A stretch of 64,000 nucleotides of DNA from Kiritimatiellia bacterium (GTDB taxonomy: Bacteria > Verrucomicrobiota > Kiritimatiellia > WLWN01), in NCBI GenBank assembly GCA_012103575.1, contig WLWN01000001.1, positions 1,676,538 to 1,740,537 on the forward strand. Reading direction: 5' to 3'. A model generated the notes under the pieces. That model ran no database searches and was not told where the DNA came from. It was given only the letters and a program-made list of their open reading frames with translations. The position numbers and the translations under genes are program-made. Positions 56,074 to 64,000 of this stretch are shown here, in pieces. Within the stretch, counting starts at the first letter, position 1. Each line of letters starts with the position of its first letter.

Positions 56074-57731
56074 CCTGAATCCGTCAGATAAAATCTGATG
56101 ATTTTTCATTACCTGTTGGGCTAAAGCGGGGAGCATACCCGTATTCAAACAAACAACCCCACCCCAACAGGTGTGTATATGAAACAATATAAAATAAAGA
56201 CTGGCAAGGGCGAACTCAACAGCACAAGCGGAAATCATCTTTGCGACCTGCTGCTTGAGGATCATGCTCAACGGATTCTTCCCTCCAATTTTCAACCACG
56301 CCGCTCCGATGCGATCTCTGATCGGGAGATCCTCCTTACCCAGATCGGCTTACTTTGCAACGGTCGAACCGATTTCAATGATATCGACCTGTACCGGGGT
56401 GATGAGATTTTTATGAATGCCTTTGGACTTAAAAAGGGGAGTTAAAAAGGTAGCCTCTGAGCCGATGTTCCGACGTCGTTTCGACGACCTGCCCCCACCC
56501 AGAACCCATGTGGGGCTACGCAAACTCAACACCGAACTTCTTTCCTCGGGCCCCTTTGGCTAGGTAGATGTCGAAGGGCTTGATCTTGTTCCCGTCGATA
56601 TCGATGTGAGCCCTTTGGATCACTCAGGCTCTTCGAAAGAAGGCGTTTCCTACACCTAGAAGGGCCATGATGGTTACGCCCTGATATTTGCCTATGTGGG
56701 CACTCAAGGCCACATGCTTGAGTGCGAACTTCGACCCGGTAAACAACATTGTCAGTCGGGAACGACCGCGTTTATTGCCCGCAGCGTTGAAACGCTCCAA
56801 ACCCTGGGCCTGGGTGGAAAATGTTTGCTTCGGCTTGATAGTGGCAACGCTGCGGCCGATAACTTCGACGCTTTTGGGGATCATTATTTTATCGTAAAGC
56901 GAAATCCTCGCCGCGAATACCCTGAACAAATGCTGGCCCTTGCACGCCGAGTTGGAGACAAACAAGACAGTCGTGAAGGCAAGAACGTTTACACAGGCTT
57001 TTTCGGTCATTTCCATCCCGGTGGTGACCAAAACCGCCCTTGTGTCCCGGTGGCCTTCGAAGTGATTGAACGCACTATCGATATCGATGGTCAGAAACTT
57101 CTGGTTCCTAAACTTGAGGTGAACACCTGGTGGACGAACCTCTCTTGTCGTGCCAAGACGGTGCTAGATCTCTATCATGGACATGGCCCCAGCGAGCAGT
57201 ACCACAGTGAACTCAAAAGCGATCTTGATGTTGAGCGATTGCCTTCGGGGAGACTCTGTGCCAATAAGATTATTCTGTTATGCGCCATGGTGGCCTTCAA
57301 CCTATTGCGCGGTCTTGGCCAAGAGGTCATCAAACGGGCTGGGCTTGCCCCGCAGAAAATCAACATCCCGCGCTGGCGAATCAAAACGGTTCTCAAAAAT
57401 ATCGTTTATTGCGCGGTTCGATTGGTCCGCCACGCCGGACGAATTGAACTTCACTTTGGCAAGCGTTGTCGCTGGTTTGAAGTGATACAAGATATTGCCC
57501 ATTCCTTCGCATAGCCCTCCGTGCACCTTTAACAATACTCTAAGGCGACTGCCCAAGGAGGCTTACGCCCCAAAATGGTCAAATCAGAGTGAATCTGACC
57601 TGTACGCTCAAAAAATTCATCAGGGTGATACTTGCCGGTCCCAATCCGCCCAAAAGCGAGCATCTCAAGGAAAAAATTTTCAACTTTTGAGCCCCAAAAC
57701 GCCTTCCGAAGCGATAGCTGACGGATTCAGA
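56074..57731 (+). mobile_element. IS1380-family insertion sequence, copy 2 (1658 bp)
   Basis: CCTGAATCCGTCAGATAAAATC ... GCTGACGGATTCAGa, with the terminal G replaced by A. A 5-bp direct repeat TTAGA flanks it at 56069-56073 and 57732-57736. Confidence 0.9.
56173..57514 (+). pseudogene. IS1380-family transposase, interrupted (same frame change and TAG as copy 1, plus an extra TAG)
   Basis: Frame change after ..AFGLKKGS*, TAG at 56561-56563 (GPFG*VDVEG), and an additional SYT*KGHDGY where copy 1 has SYTYKGHDGY. Confidence 0.8.
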
Positions 57732-58518
57732 TTAGATATAAATAGTTTATTAGAATGTGCAATGGCGGCTGCATATGCTGCCGGGAATCATGCTGTCAAA
57801 GAATTTGATCGTCGAACAGAAGTGATTCAAAGAACGCAGCATGATGTGAAACTCGTGCTGGATCGAGAAGCGCAGGATCAAGCGGAGGAATCCATCCGCG
57901 CCTTTTTCCCGGATCACAATATTATAGGCGAAGAAGGTTAATCCCTCTTAGATCCATCACGACCTAGTTGGATTATTGATCCGATTGATGGCACCGTAAA
58001 TTTTTCATATGGCATTTCTCCTTGGTGTTCTTCTGTCGCTGTACAGGTTGAAAATCAAGTTCTGGCGGGCGCCGTATATATTCCTCCATACGAGGAAATG
58101 TATACCGCCACCCTTGAAAGTCCTGCGTTATGCAATGAGAAACCGATTCAAACGTCCTCGATCTCTTTGCTTGCTGACTTGCTGATTTTGACAGGACTCT
58201 CCAAAAACGCGCATGATGAATCAGAGCCCTTTAAAGGGCATGAGGCTTTAACGCGTAAAACCCAAAAAATCCGGATTATTGGCGCGGCTGCTGTAGATAT
58301 TTGTCAGGTTGCCTGCGGCAGAGCAGAGGCCTATGTGGACAGCGGTATTTATCTTTGGGATGCCGCGGCCGCTGGACTTATTGCTGAACGGGCTGGCGCC
58401 TATACAAAAACCGAACCCTTAGGTGATTACCGAGTCAATTATATGTGTTCGAATACGCTTATTCAAAAAGAGCTGATTGCGACACTCTCGTGAGAGGCTC
58501 TTAAATTCTTGTTATAGT

Positions 58519-58681
58519 CCTGGATCCGTCAGTTAAACGCGGTTTTCTGCACGAACCATTTGGGCCAAAAGGAATTACAAAAAAGCCTCGACGCACCCAG
58601 CGGGTGCGCCTGCATTTTTTTGCAACCTTTTGCCTCCAAAGCATTCGCACAGAAATCCCACGTTTAACTGACGGATCCAGG
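58519..58681 (-). mobile_element. 163-bp MITE, copy C (inverted relative to A and B, TSD ATAGT)
   Basis: CCTGGATCCGTCAGTTAAACGCGG...CCACGTTTAACTGACGGATCCAGG, flanked by ATAGT at 58514-58518 and 58682-58686. Confidence 0.85.
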
Positions 58682-58693
58682 ATAGTGTCAAAG

Positions 58694-59259
58694 ATGGCTA
58701 GACACGTAAAAACTTTTTTTTTGATAGCACTTATAACAGGTATCGCTGGATGCTTGTTGATGTGTGATACATCTCCCAAAGAGAAGGCTCCTTATGAATA
58801 TGAAAAAGATGAGGCGCGATTAGTTCTTATGGGGCTGGTAAAAAAAATGAACTTTTGCGAAAAGAAAGACTTGATTTTAAAAAACAAATCCGTAGGCTTA
58901 CCCGTTCTCTCGCCGTAGAAAAGGCGAAACTAGACGAACTGCAGACTCAGCAGCAGCGGATAAAACTCCGCGAGATATCAGGAAACATGCGGCAAGATTT
59001 CCTTACTCAAAAGAGTCTATATATATTAGATGTCAATGAGTCGTTGGGTTTGGCCGTCCTCGATGCAGGTAAATTCGACGCCCTTAAGGTCGGTATGTTT
59101 TTTGACGTTGTTAGAGATGATAAACCGATCGCACGTCTTCGTGTGATTGATGTGAGAGACCGCATTGCCGGGACACAGATAGAAGAAATAGAACGAAGAA
59201 TATCGCTTGAACCAGGAGACCGAGTTCTGCCTTGGATAAACGGAGTAAAGACTAAATAA
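58694..59259 (+). CDS. Hypothetical coiled-coil lipoprotein needing a -1 frame change at an A8 run (58840-58847)
   Basis: MARHVKTFFLIALITGIAGC contains a lipobox. Frame a stops at 58918. The -1 frame continues ..KKNELLRKERLDFKKQIRRLTRSLAVEKAKLDELQ... to 59259. GTA AAA AAA ATG places A_AAA_AAA in the slippery phase. Confidence 0.5.
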
Positions 59260-59260
59260 A

Positions 59261-59611
59261 ATGGAAGTACAGGCTATAACGAAATTTGTGCATATATCGG
59301 CTTCTAAAGCTAGAGATTTAGCTCGAGCTATACAAGGGCGCAAGGCGCCTGATGCTCTTACCATTACTCAAAATAGCCCTAGAAAAGCTGGATTTTTGGT
59401 GGGTAAAACGTTGAAAGCCGCGATTGCCAATGCTGAGAATAATGCAAAGATATCCGCCGAGAATCTTGTTGTGAAGATGGCCGTGGTCGATCAAGGGCCG
59501 ATCCATAAACGGTTTCGTGCGGGTGCGCGGGGTTCGGCAAAGCCGCTACAAAAGAAAACGAGTCATATCAAAATCGTGTTAAGCAATCACGTGAAAGCAA
59601 AAAAAGCATAG
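59261..59611 (+). CDS. rplV: 50S ribosomal protein L22
   Basis: MEVQAITKFVHISASKARDLARAIQGRKAPDAL is L22-like. It is first in the conserved L22-S3-L16-L29-S17 order. Confidence 0.93.
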   Translation: MEVQAITKFVHISASKARDLARAIQGRKAPDALTITQNSPRKAGFLVGKTLKAAIANAENNAKISAENLVVKMAVVDQGPIHKRFRAGARGSAKPLQKKTSHIKIVLSNHVKAKKA

Positions 59612-59631
59612 ATGTGTGAAAGGAGACCATT

Positions 59632-60294
59632 TTGGGCCAAAAAGTTAATCCTATAGGGTTACGCGTAGCCGTTACAAAAAATTGGCGGTCTCGGTGGTAT
59701 GCCGAAAAGAAAGAGTATGGTGATCTTCTTCATGAAGACATCCAAATCCGTAAACTGGTTAAGCAGCGGCTGAAGGATGCAGCTGTACCTGAGGTGATTA
59801 TTGAGCGCTATGCGAGTCGAGCGAGGGTAACGGTATATACAGCACGACCGGGTATTGTTATTGGGCGAAAGGGACAGGATATTGAACGGTTACGCGAAGA
59901 GTTAGCCGTGCAAACAGGAAAAGAAATTTATATTGAAATTCGTGAAATTAAAGAAGCGGATACAAATGCCCAATTAGTGGCTGAAGTCATTGGGCTTCAA
60001 CTGGAGCGGCGTGTATCGTTTCGTCGTGCGTTGAAACGGGCTGTTCAGATTGCTATGGATATGGGGGTTTTAGGCATTAAAGTAGAGGCTTCAGGTCGTT
60101 TATGGGGATCAGAATTAGCACGGCGTGAGGGCTATAAAGAAGGGAAGGTGCCTTTACACACATTACGGGAAAATATCGAATATGGCTTTGCTAAATCCAA
60201 TACCACGGCAGGGAAAATTGGGATAAAAGTTTGGATTTGTAAGAAAGAAGAAAAAGTCGAGGAAAAGGAGAAATCTTATGCCTCTTATGCCTAA
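59632..60294 (+). CDS. rpsC: 30S ribosomal protein S3
   Basis: [24 protein letters not shown], a KH domain, and a Lys/Glu-rich tail. Confidence 0.95.
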   Translation: MGQKVNPIGLRVAVTKNWRSRWYAEKKEYGDLLHEDIQIRKLVKQRLKDAAVPEVIIERYASRARVTVYTARPGIVIGRKGQDIERLREELAVQTGKEIYIEIREIKEADTNAQLVAEVIGLQLERRVSFRRALKRAVQIAMDMGVLGIKVEASGRLWGSELARREGYKEGKVPLHTLRENIEYGFAKSNTTAGKIGIKVWICKKEEKVEEKEKSYASYA

Positions 60295-60691
60295 ACGCGT
60301 TAAGCACCGAAAGGTGCAACGGGGCAATTATAAAGGTCACGCGAGTCGAGGGAACACGATTGCTTTTGGCGAGTATGGGCTCCAAGCATTAGGGCGTGCG
60401 TGGATCACCAATATTCAGATTGAAGCCTGTCGTGTGGCTGTCAATCGAACGATGAAGCGTAAGGGAAAGCTTTGGATACGGATTTTCCCCGATAAACCGT
60501 ATACGCAGAAGCCCCTGGAAACAAGGATGGGTAAAGGAAAAGGGGGCGTTGAATATTGGGTGGCTGTTGTGAAACCCGGTCGCGTTCTCTTTGAAGTGGA
60601 TGGAACTTCGGAGTTGATTGCGAGAGAGGCGTTTAGAATTGCAGCGGCAAAATTGCCGATACGAGCAAAATTTGTTCAACGTCATCGATAA
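60278..60691 (+). CDS. rplP: 50S ribosomal protein L16
   Basis: [26 protein letters not shown]...RMGKGKG. Confidence 0.95.
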   Translation: MPLMPKRVKHRKVQRGNYKGHASRGNTIAFGEYGLQALGRAWITNIQIEACRVAVNRTMKRKGKLWIRIFPDKPYTQKPLETRMGKGKGGVEYWVAVVKPGRVLFEVDGTSELIAREAFRIAAAKLPIRAKFVQRHR

Positions 60692-60696
60692 CGATT

Positions 60697-60894
60697 ATGA
60701 AAACAAGTAAAATACGAGAAATGACAGACGAAGAACTCGATCAGCTTTACCGGGATACGCGTAAAGAGATCTTTAATTTGCGGATGCAAAAAGCAACTGG
60801 ACAATTAGAAAACCCTTTGCGTTTACGGGGTGTTAGACGTGATGTCGCTCGTATTAAAACGGTTCTCAATGAACGGAGAGGATCAGCCGTCTGA
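60697..60894 (+). CDS. rpmC: 50S ribosomal protein L29
   Basis: 65 aa. [35 protein letters not shown]. Confidence 0.92.
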   Translation: MKTSKIREMTDEELDQLYRDTRKEIFNLRMQKATGQLENPLRLRGVRRDVARIKTVLNERRGSAV

Positions 60895-61175
60895 TGAATG
60901 AAGTAAGTGATTTAAAAAGAGGTTTGCGGAAGACAAGAGAAGGGCTCGTGGTTAGTGCGCGGATGGATAAAACCATTATTGTTTTAGTCGAGAGGCGTAT
61001 TCGTCATCCCCTCTACGGAAAAGAGATGCGTCGTTTTAAGAAGTTTTATGTTCATGATGAAAAAAATGAAGCGAAACGTGGAGATAAGGTTCGTATTATG
61101 GAAACACGTCCGCTAAGTAAACTTAAACGGTGGCGATTTGTTGAAATTTTATCGAGTGGATTGGCCACCGGCTGA
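60894..61175 (+). CDS. rpsQ: 30S ribosomal protein S17
   Basis: [42 protein letters not shown]. Confidence 0.93.
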   Translation: MNEVSDLKRGLRKTREGLVVSARMDKTIIVLVERRIRHPLYGKEMRRFKKFYVHDEKNEAKRGDKVRIMETRPLSKLKRWRFVEILSSGLATG

Positions 61176-61189
61176 ACACCTAACGAAAC

Positions 61190-61555
61190 ATGATTATAGA
61201 AGAAACAAAATTACGAGTAGCAGATAACACCGGTGCACGCAGTGTACAATGTATACGTATTTTAGGACAACGTAAACGGTGCGCTTGTGTTGGGGATATT
61301 ATTAAGATATCTGTTAAAGATGCTCAGCCAGGGAGTATGGTGAAAAAAGGGGAGGTTCACGATGCTATCATTGTTCGGACTAAAAACGCGATTCGAAGAT
61401 ATGATGGATCTGTACTTCGGTTCGATCATAATGCGGTGGTCCTCATTGATGAACAAAAAAATCCGCAGGGCACTCGTATCTTTGGGCCTGTTGCGCGTGA
61501 ATTACGCGATAAAAATTTTATGAAACTAATATCATTGGCACCTGAAGTGCTTTAG
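61190..61555 (+). CDS. rplN: 50S ribosomal protein L14
   Basis: [26 protein letters not shown]... Confidence 0.95.
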   Translation: MIIEETKLRVADNTGARSVQCIRILGQRKRCACVGDIIKISVKDAQPGSMVKKGEVHDAIIVRTKNAIRRYDGSVLRFDHNAVVLIDEQKNPQGTRIFGPVARELRDKNFMKLISLAPEVL

Positions 61556-61572
61556 AAACAATTTGGAGTAAC

Positions 61573-61866
61573 ATGTCAAAAGCTCATATCAAAAAAGGTG
61601 ATATCGTCGTTGCCATTACAGGTGATGATGCGGCGATTAAAAAAACAGGTAAAGTCCTTCAAATTATACCTCGTTTAAAGGTGGCGGTTGTCGAAGGTCT
61701 AAACTATGTGAAAAAACATATGAAACCAACCCAAGACAATCCGCAGGGCGGTATTATTGAAAAAGAAGCGCCGATTGCTCTATCCAACTTGAAACAATAT
61801 GACCAGACCCAAAACGCCGTTGCGAATCCCGATAAAGTAAGGATAAAGAATGACCTCTACCCTTAA
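61573..61866 (+). CDS. rplX: 50S ribosomal protein L24
   Basis: KOW motif IKKGDIVVAITGDDAAIKKTGKVLQI. Its 3' end overlaps the rplE start. Confidence 0.9.
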   Translation: MSKAHIKKGDIVVAITGDDAAIKKTGKVLQIIPRLKVAVVEGLNYVKKHMKPTQDNPQGGIIEKEAPIALSNLKQYDQTQNAVANPDKVRIKNDLYP

Positions 61867-62392
61867 GTCAACATATATAAACGAGATCGTTCCCAAACTT
61901 TGTGAAACGAGAGGTTTTAAGAATAGACTGCAAGCGCCGCGTCTTCGTAAGGTTGTTGTGAATATGGGCATTGATACAGGTGTTGATAAAGATACCTTTA
62001 AAGCTGTTACGGAAGATTTAGCCAAACTGACTGGACAGAAACCGATTATTACAAAAGCCCATAAGAGTATCTCAAACTTTAAATTGCGCGAAGGCATGCC
62101 TGTGGGGGCAAAAGTGACTCTGCGCGGAGTCCGTATGTTTGATTTTTTAGAACGTTTAATTCATGTTATTCTACCCCGTATTCGAGACTTTCGGGGTGTT
62201 CCTCTAAAATCTTTTGATGGTCAAGGCAATTATTCGTTGGGCATCAAAGAGCAATCTGTGTTTCCTGAGATTAACCCGGATCATATTAAAAAATCTCAGG
62301 GCATGGACATTACGATTGTAACCACTGAAAAAGAAGATGAGCATGCGCGTGAGCTATTAACGCTCCTCGGCATGCCCTTTGCGCATAACTAA
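61850..62392 (+). CDS. rplE: 50S ribosomal protein L5
   Basis: ..[13 protein letters not shown]...[33 protein letters not shown]. Confidence 0.95.
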   Translation: MTSTLKSTYINEIVPKLCETRGFKNRLQAPRLRKVVVNMGIDTGVDKDTFKAVTEDLAKLTGQKPIITKAHKSISNFKLREGMPVGAKVTLRGVRMFDFLERLIHVILPRIRDFRGVPLKSFDGQGNYSLGIKEQSVFPEINPDHIKKSQGMDITIVTTEKEDEHARELLTLLGMPFAHN

Positions 62393-62409
62393 CATGGAGT
62401 AGAGAACCC

Positions 62410-62595
62410 TTGGCAAAAACATCATTAATTGTTAAATCAAATCGAACCCCTAAATTTAGAGCGAGGACATACAGTCGATGTCGTCAATGCGGTCGGTCTC
62501 GTGGGTATATGAGAAAATTTCAATTATGTCGCATCTGTTTTCGAGAATTAGCTTCTGAAGGAAAGATTCCTGGAGTGACCAAGGCCAGTTGGTAA
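62410..62595 (+). CDS. rpsN: 30S ribosomal protein S14, short zinc-binding type (type Z)
   Basis: 61 aa with [20 protein letters not shown], a Cys4 motif. Confidence 0.93.
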   Translation: MAKTSLIVKSNRTPKFRARTYSRCRQCGRSRGYMRKFQLCRICFRELASEGKIPGVTKASW

Positions 62596-62617
62596 TTAAA
62601 AGAGAAAGAATAGAAAA

Positions 62618-63016
62618 ATGAGTTTATCAGATCCTATTGCGAATATGTTAACCTCCATTCGCAACGCCACTATGGCCAAAAAAGAGGTAGTAGAAGTTAC
62701 TCACTCAATATTGAAAAGTCATCTCGCACGAATTTTGAAACGTGAAGGATTTATTACCGATTATGTGTCTGAAGCACACGATGATAAAAAAGTCATACGA
62801 TTGTTTCTTAAGTATAACTTCGAACAAGAGCCCGTTATACAAGGGCTGAAAAGAATTAGTAAATCTGGACTTAGACATTATGTTTCAGCGGATAAAGTCC
62901 CTTATGTATTGAGAGGGATGGGAGTCGCCATTTTGACGACTTCCTATGGAATACTTACAGATCATGATGCGCGGAAGAAAGGGATTGGCGGTGAAGTTCT
63001 TTGCCATGTCTGGTAG
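62618..63016 (+). CDS. rpsH: 30S ribosomal protein S8
   Basis: MSLSDPIANMLTSIRNA...GGEVLCHVW. Confidence 0.95.
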   Translation: MSLSDPIANMLTSIRNATMAKKEVVEVTHSILKSHLARILKREGFITDYVSEAHDDKKVIRLFLKYNFEQEPVIQGLKRISKSGLRHYVSADKVPYVLRGMGVAILTTSYGILTDHDARKKGIGGEVLCHVW

Positions 63017-63073
63017 AGATAAGAGAGAAATATAGATGCCAGAAAGTAGGCCATAGAAGGTGAAAAAAGGATT

Positions 63074-63610
63074 ATGTCTAGAATAGGAATACAACCGATA
63101 CCCATACCCAATGGTGTGACAGTAGAGTTTCAAGACTCAAATGTTATGGTCAAAGGGCCTCAAGGCTCTCTCTCGTGGAAGCTGCCTTCGTTTATTCGTG
63201 TAGCCACTGAGAACAGTGCGGTTTCGATTTCGCGTATAAGCGAAGATAAACAAGCAAAATCTATGCATGGCACAGCACGGAGTTTAATCGCGAGTATGGT
63301 GGAAGGTGTTCATAAAGGATTTACCAAAGAATTGGAAATACAAGGCACTGGTTTTCGGGCACAACTCCAAGGACAAAAATTAACATTGCAGATTGGATTT
63401 TCGCATAACATCGAATTTCAAGCGCCTGAAGGGATTACGTTGCAGGTCCCTAATGAAACACGGATTGTTGTGAGTGGTGCCGGCAAACAACTCGTCGGGC
63501 AAGTAGCGGCTCGGATCCGTTCATTTAACGTTGCAGAACCTTATAAAGGCAAGGGCATACGATACAAAGGGGAGCATGTACGTCGTAAAGCAGGGAAAAC
63601 GGTTGCTTAA
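63074..63610 (+). CDS. rplF: 50S ribosomal protein L6
   Basis: MSRIGIQPIPIPNGVTVEF...EPYKGKGIRYKGEHVRRKAGK. Confidence 0.95.
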   Translation: MSRIGIQPIPIPNGVTVEFQDSNVMVKGPQGSLSWKLPSFIRVATENSAVSISRISEDKQAKSMHGTARSLIASMVEGVHKGFTKELEIQGTGFRAQLQGQKLTLQIGFSHNIEFQAPEGITLQVPNETRIVVSGAGKQLVGQVAARIRSFNVAEPYKGKGIRYKGEHVRRKAGKTVA

Positions 63611-63612
63611 TC

Positions 63613-63975
63613 ATGAAAGTAGAAACTAAATCAGACTATAGAGTGCGTCGCCATTTACGTCTTCGGCACAAAATAACGGGCACGGCTCAATGTCCCCGCA
63701 TGAGCGTATTTAAGTCGAATCAACATTTATATGTGCAGTTCATTGATGATGAGAGTGCATGTACACTGGCGTCTGCTTCGACATTAGATTCGCACGTAAA
63801 GCCTATGATTTCAAAACTAAATATAGAAAGCGCGGGTCAATTAGGAACGTTGGCGGCAGAAGCAGCTAAAAGCAAAGGGATCGAACATGTTGTATTTGAT
63901 CGTGGAGGGTTTAAGTATACAGGGAAAATTAAAGCGTTGGCTGAAGCCTCCCGTGAGGCCGGTCTAAAATTTTAA
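63613..63975 (+). CDS. rplR: 50S ribosomal protein L18
   Basis: ..RRHLRLRHKITGTAQCPRMSVFKSNQHLYVQFIDD...VVFDRGGFKYTGKIKALAEASREAGLKF. Confidence 0.95.
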   Translation: MKVETKSDYRVRRHLRLRHKITGTAQCPRMSVFKSNQHLYVQFIDDESACTLASASTLDSHVKPMISKLNIESAGQLGTLAAEAAKSKGIEHVVFDRGGFKYTGKIKALAEASREAGLKF

Positions 63976-64000
63976 TCCAGCTGAAAGGCTGTGAAGGAAC

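Larger units (their letters stand above)
56061..58493 (+). pseudogene. suhB: Inositol monophosphatase (SuhB/CysQ) family gene, split by IS1380 after codon 4 and carrying an in-frame TAA
   Basis: ATG AAA GAA TTA GA | IS | (TTAGA) TATAAATAGT... reconstructs MKELDINSLLECAMAAAYAAG. Then comes ...FFPDHNIIGEEG*(TAA 57939-57941), followed by ...WIIDPIDGTVNFSYG...IRIIGAAAVDICQVACGRAEAY. Confidence 0.8.

Noticed and set aside
16635-57941. Possible stop-codon reassignment. In-frame TAA/TAG fall at conserved Gln positions (pilin-like gene at 16635, intI at 30228). TGA falls at a conserved Trp (transposase at 48122). There is also TAA in the suhB-like gene (57939) and TAG in the beta-helix paralog (4593).
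   Set aside because: TAA, TAG and TGA all terminate conserved housekeeping genes here at the expected lengths (topA, dnaE, icd, mutL, ribosomal proteins). The affected genes also carry frameshifts or IS insertions. Each stop is one transition away from the expected sense codon. Ordinary pseudogenisation explains them.

Overview
This is a 64-kb chromosomal window from a Gram-negative, LPS-making bacterium (waaA and a heptose-1-P adenylyltransferase are present). A DUF1559-type prepilin remnant and beta-helix/TSP3-repeat proteins hint at the PVC group, possibly Verrucomicrobiota; that placement is tentative. The backbone is housekeeping: aroB, dprA-topA-xerC, waaA, recN, an Fe(3+) ABC locus with a DtxR-family repressor and a 7Fe ferredoxin, queG, dnaE, pdxH, a desaturase, icd, recR, surE, a large Bacillus-type SRP RNA followed by dnaX-ybaB, mutL, rsmG, and the rplV-to-rplR ribosomal block. 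tRNA-Met(CAU) and tRNA-Val(UAC) are also present. There is no rRNA and no CRISPR array. About a quarter of the window is mobile DNA: two IS30 types (two copies each plus a remnant), an IS1380-family element (two full copies plus a remnant), IS630 (two copies plus an unrelated remnant), an IS110-family element plus a fragment, an rve-type IS, and an ISKra4-like remnant. Many accessory genes and several core genes carry frameshifts or nonsense codons, so the genome looks IS-expanded and decaying. I did not find an intact novel multi-gene system. The most notable observations are: (1) a 163-bp MITE family with 5-bp target duplications whose termini match the IS1380 element; (2) an IS110-family element with a 255-nt 5' leader that is a bridge-RNA candidate, sitting in a nested IS pile; (3) a degraded integron integrase divergent from an FRG-domain gene whose two halves appear to lie 15.6 kb apart, each next to an IS630 copy; (4) a TA-flanked 294-bp foldback element; (5) a topoisomerase I with a Cys-free triple-repeat C-terminus; (6) a shared A/T palindrome upstream of all three stable-RNA genes.
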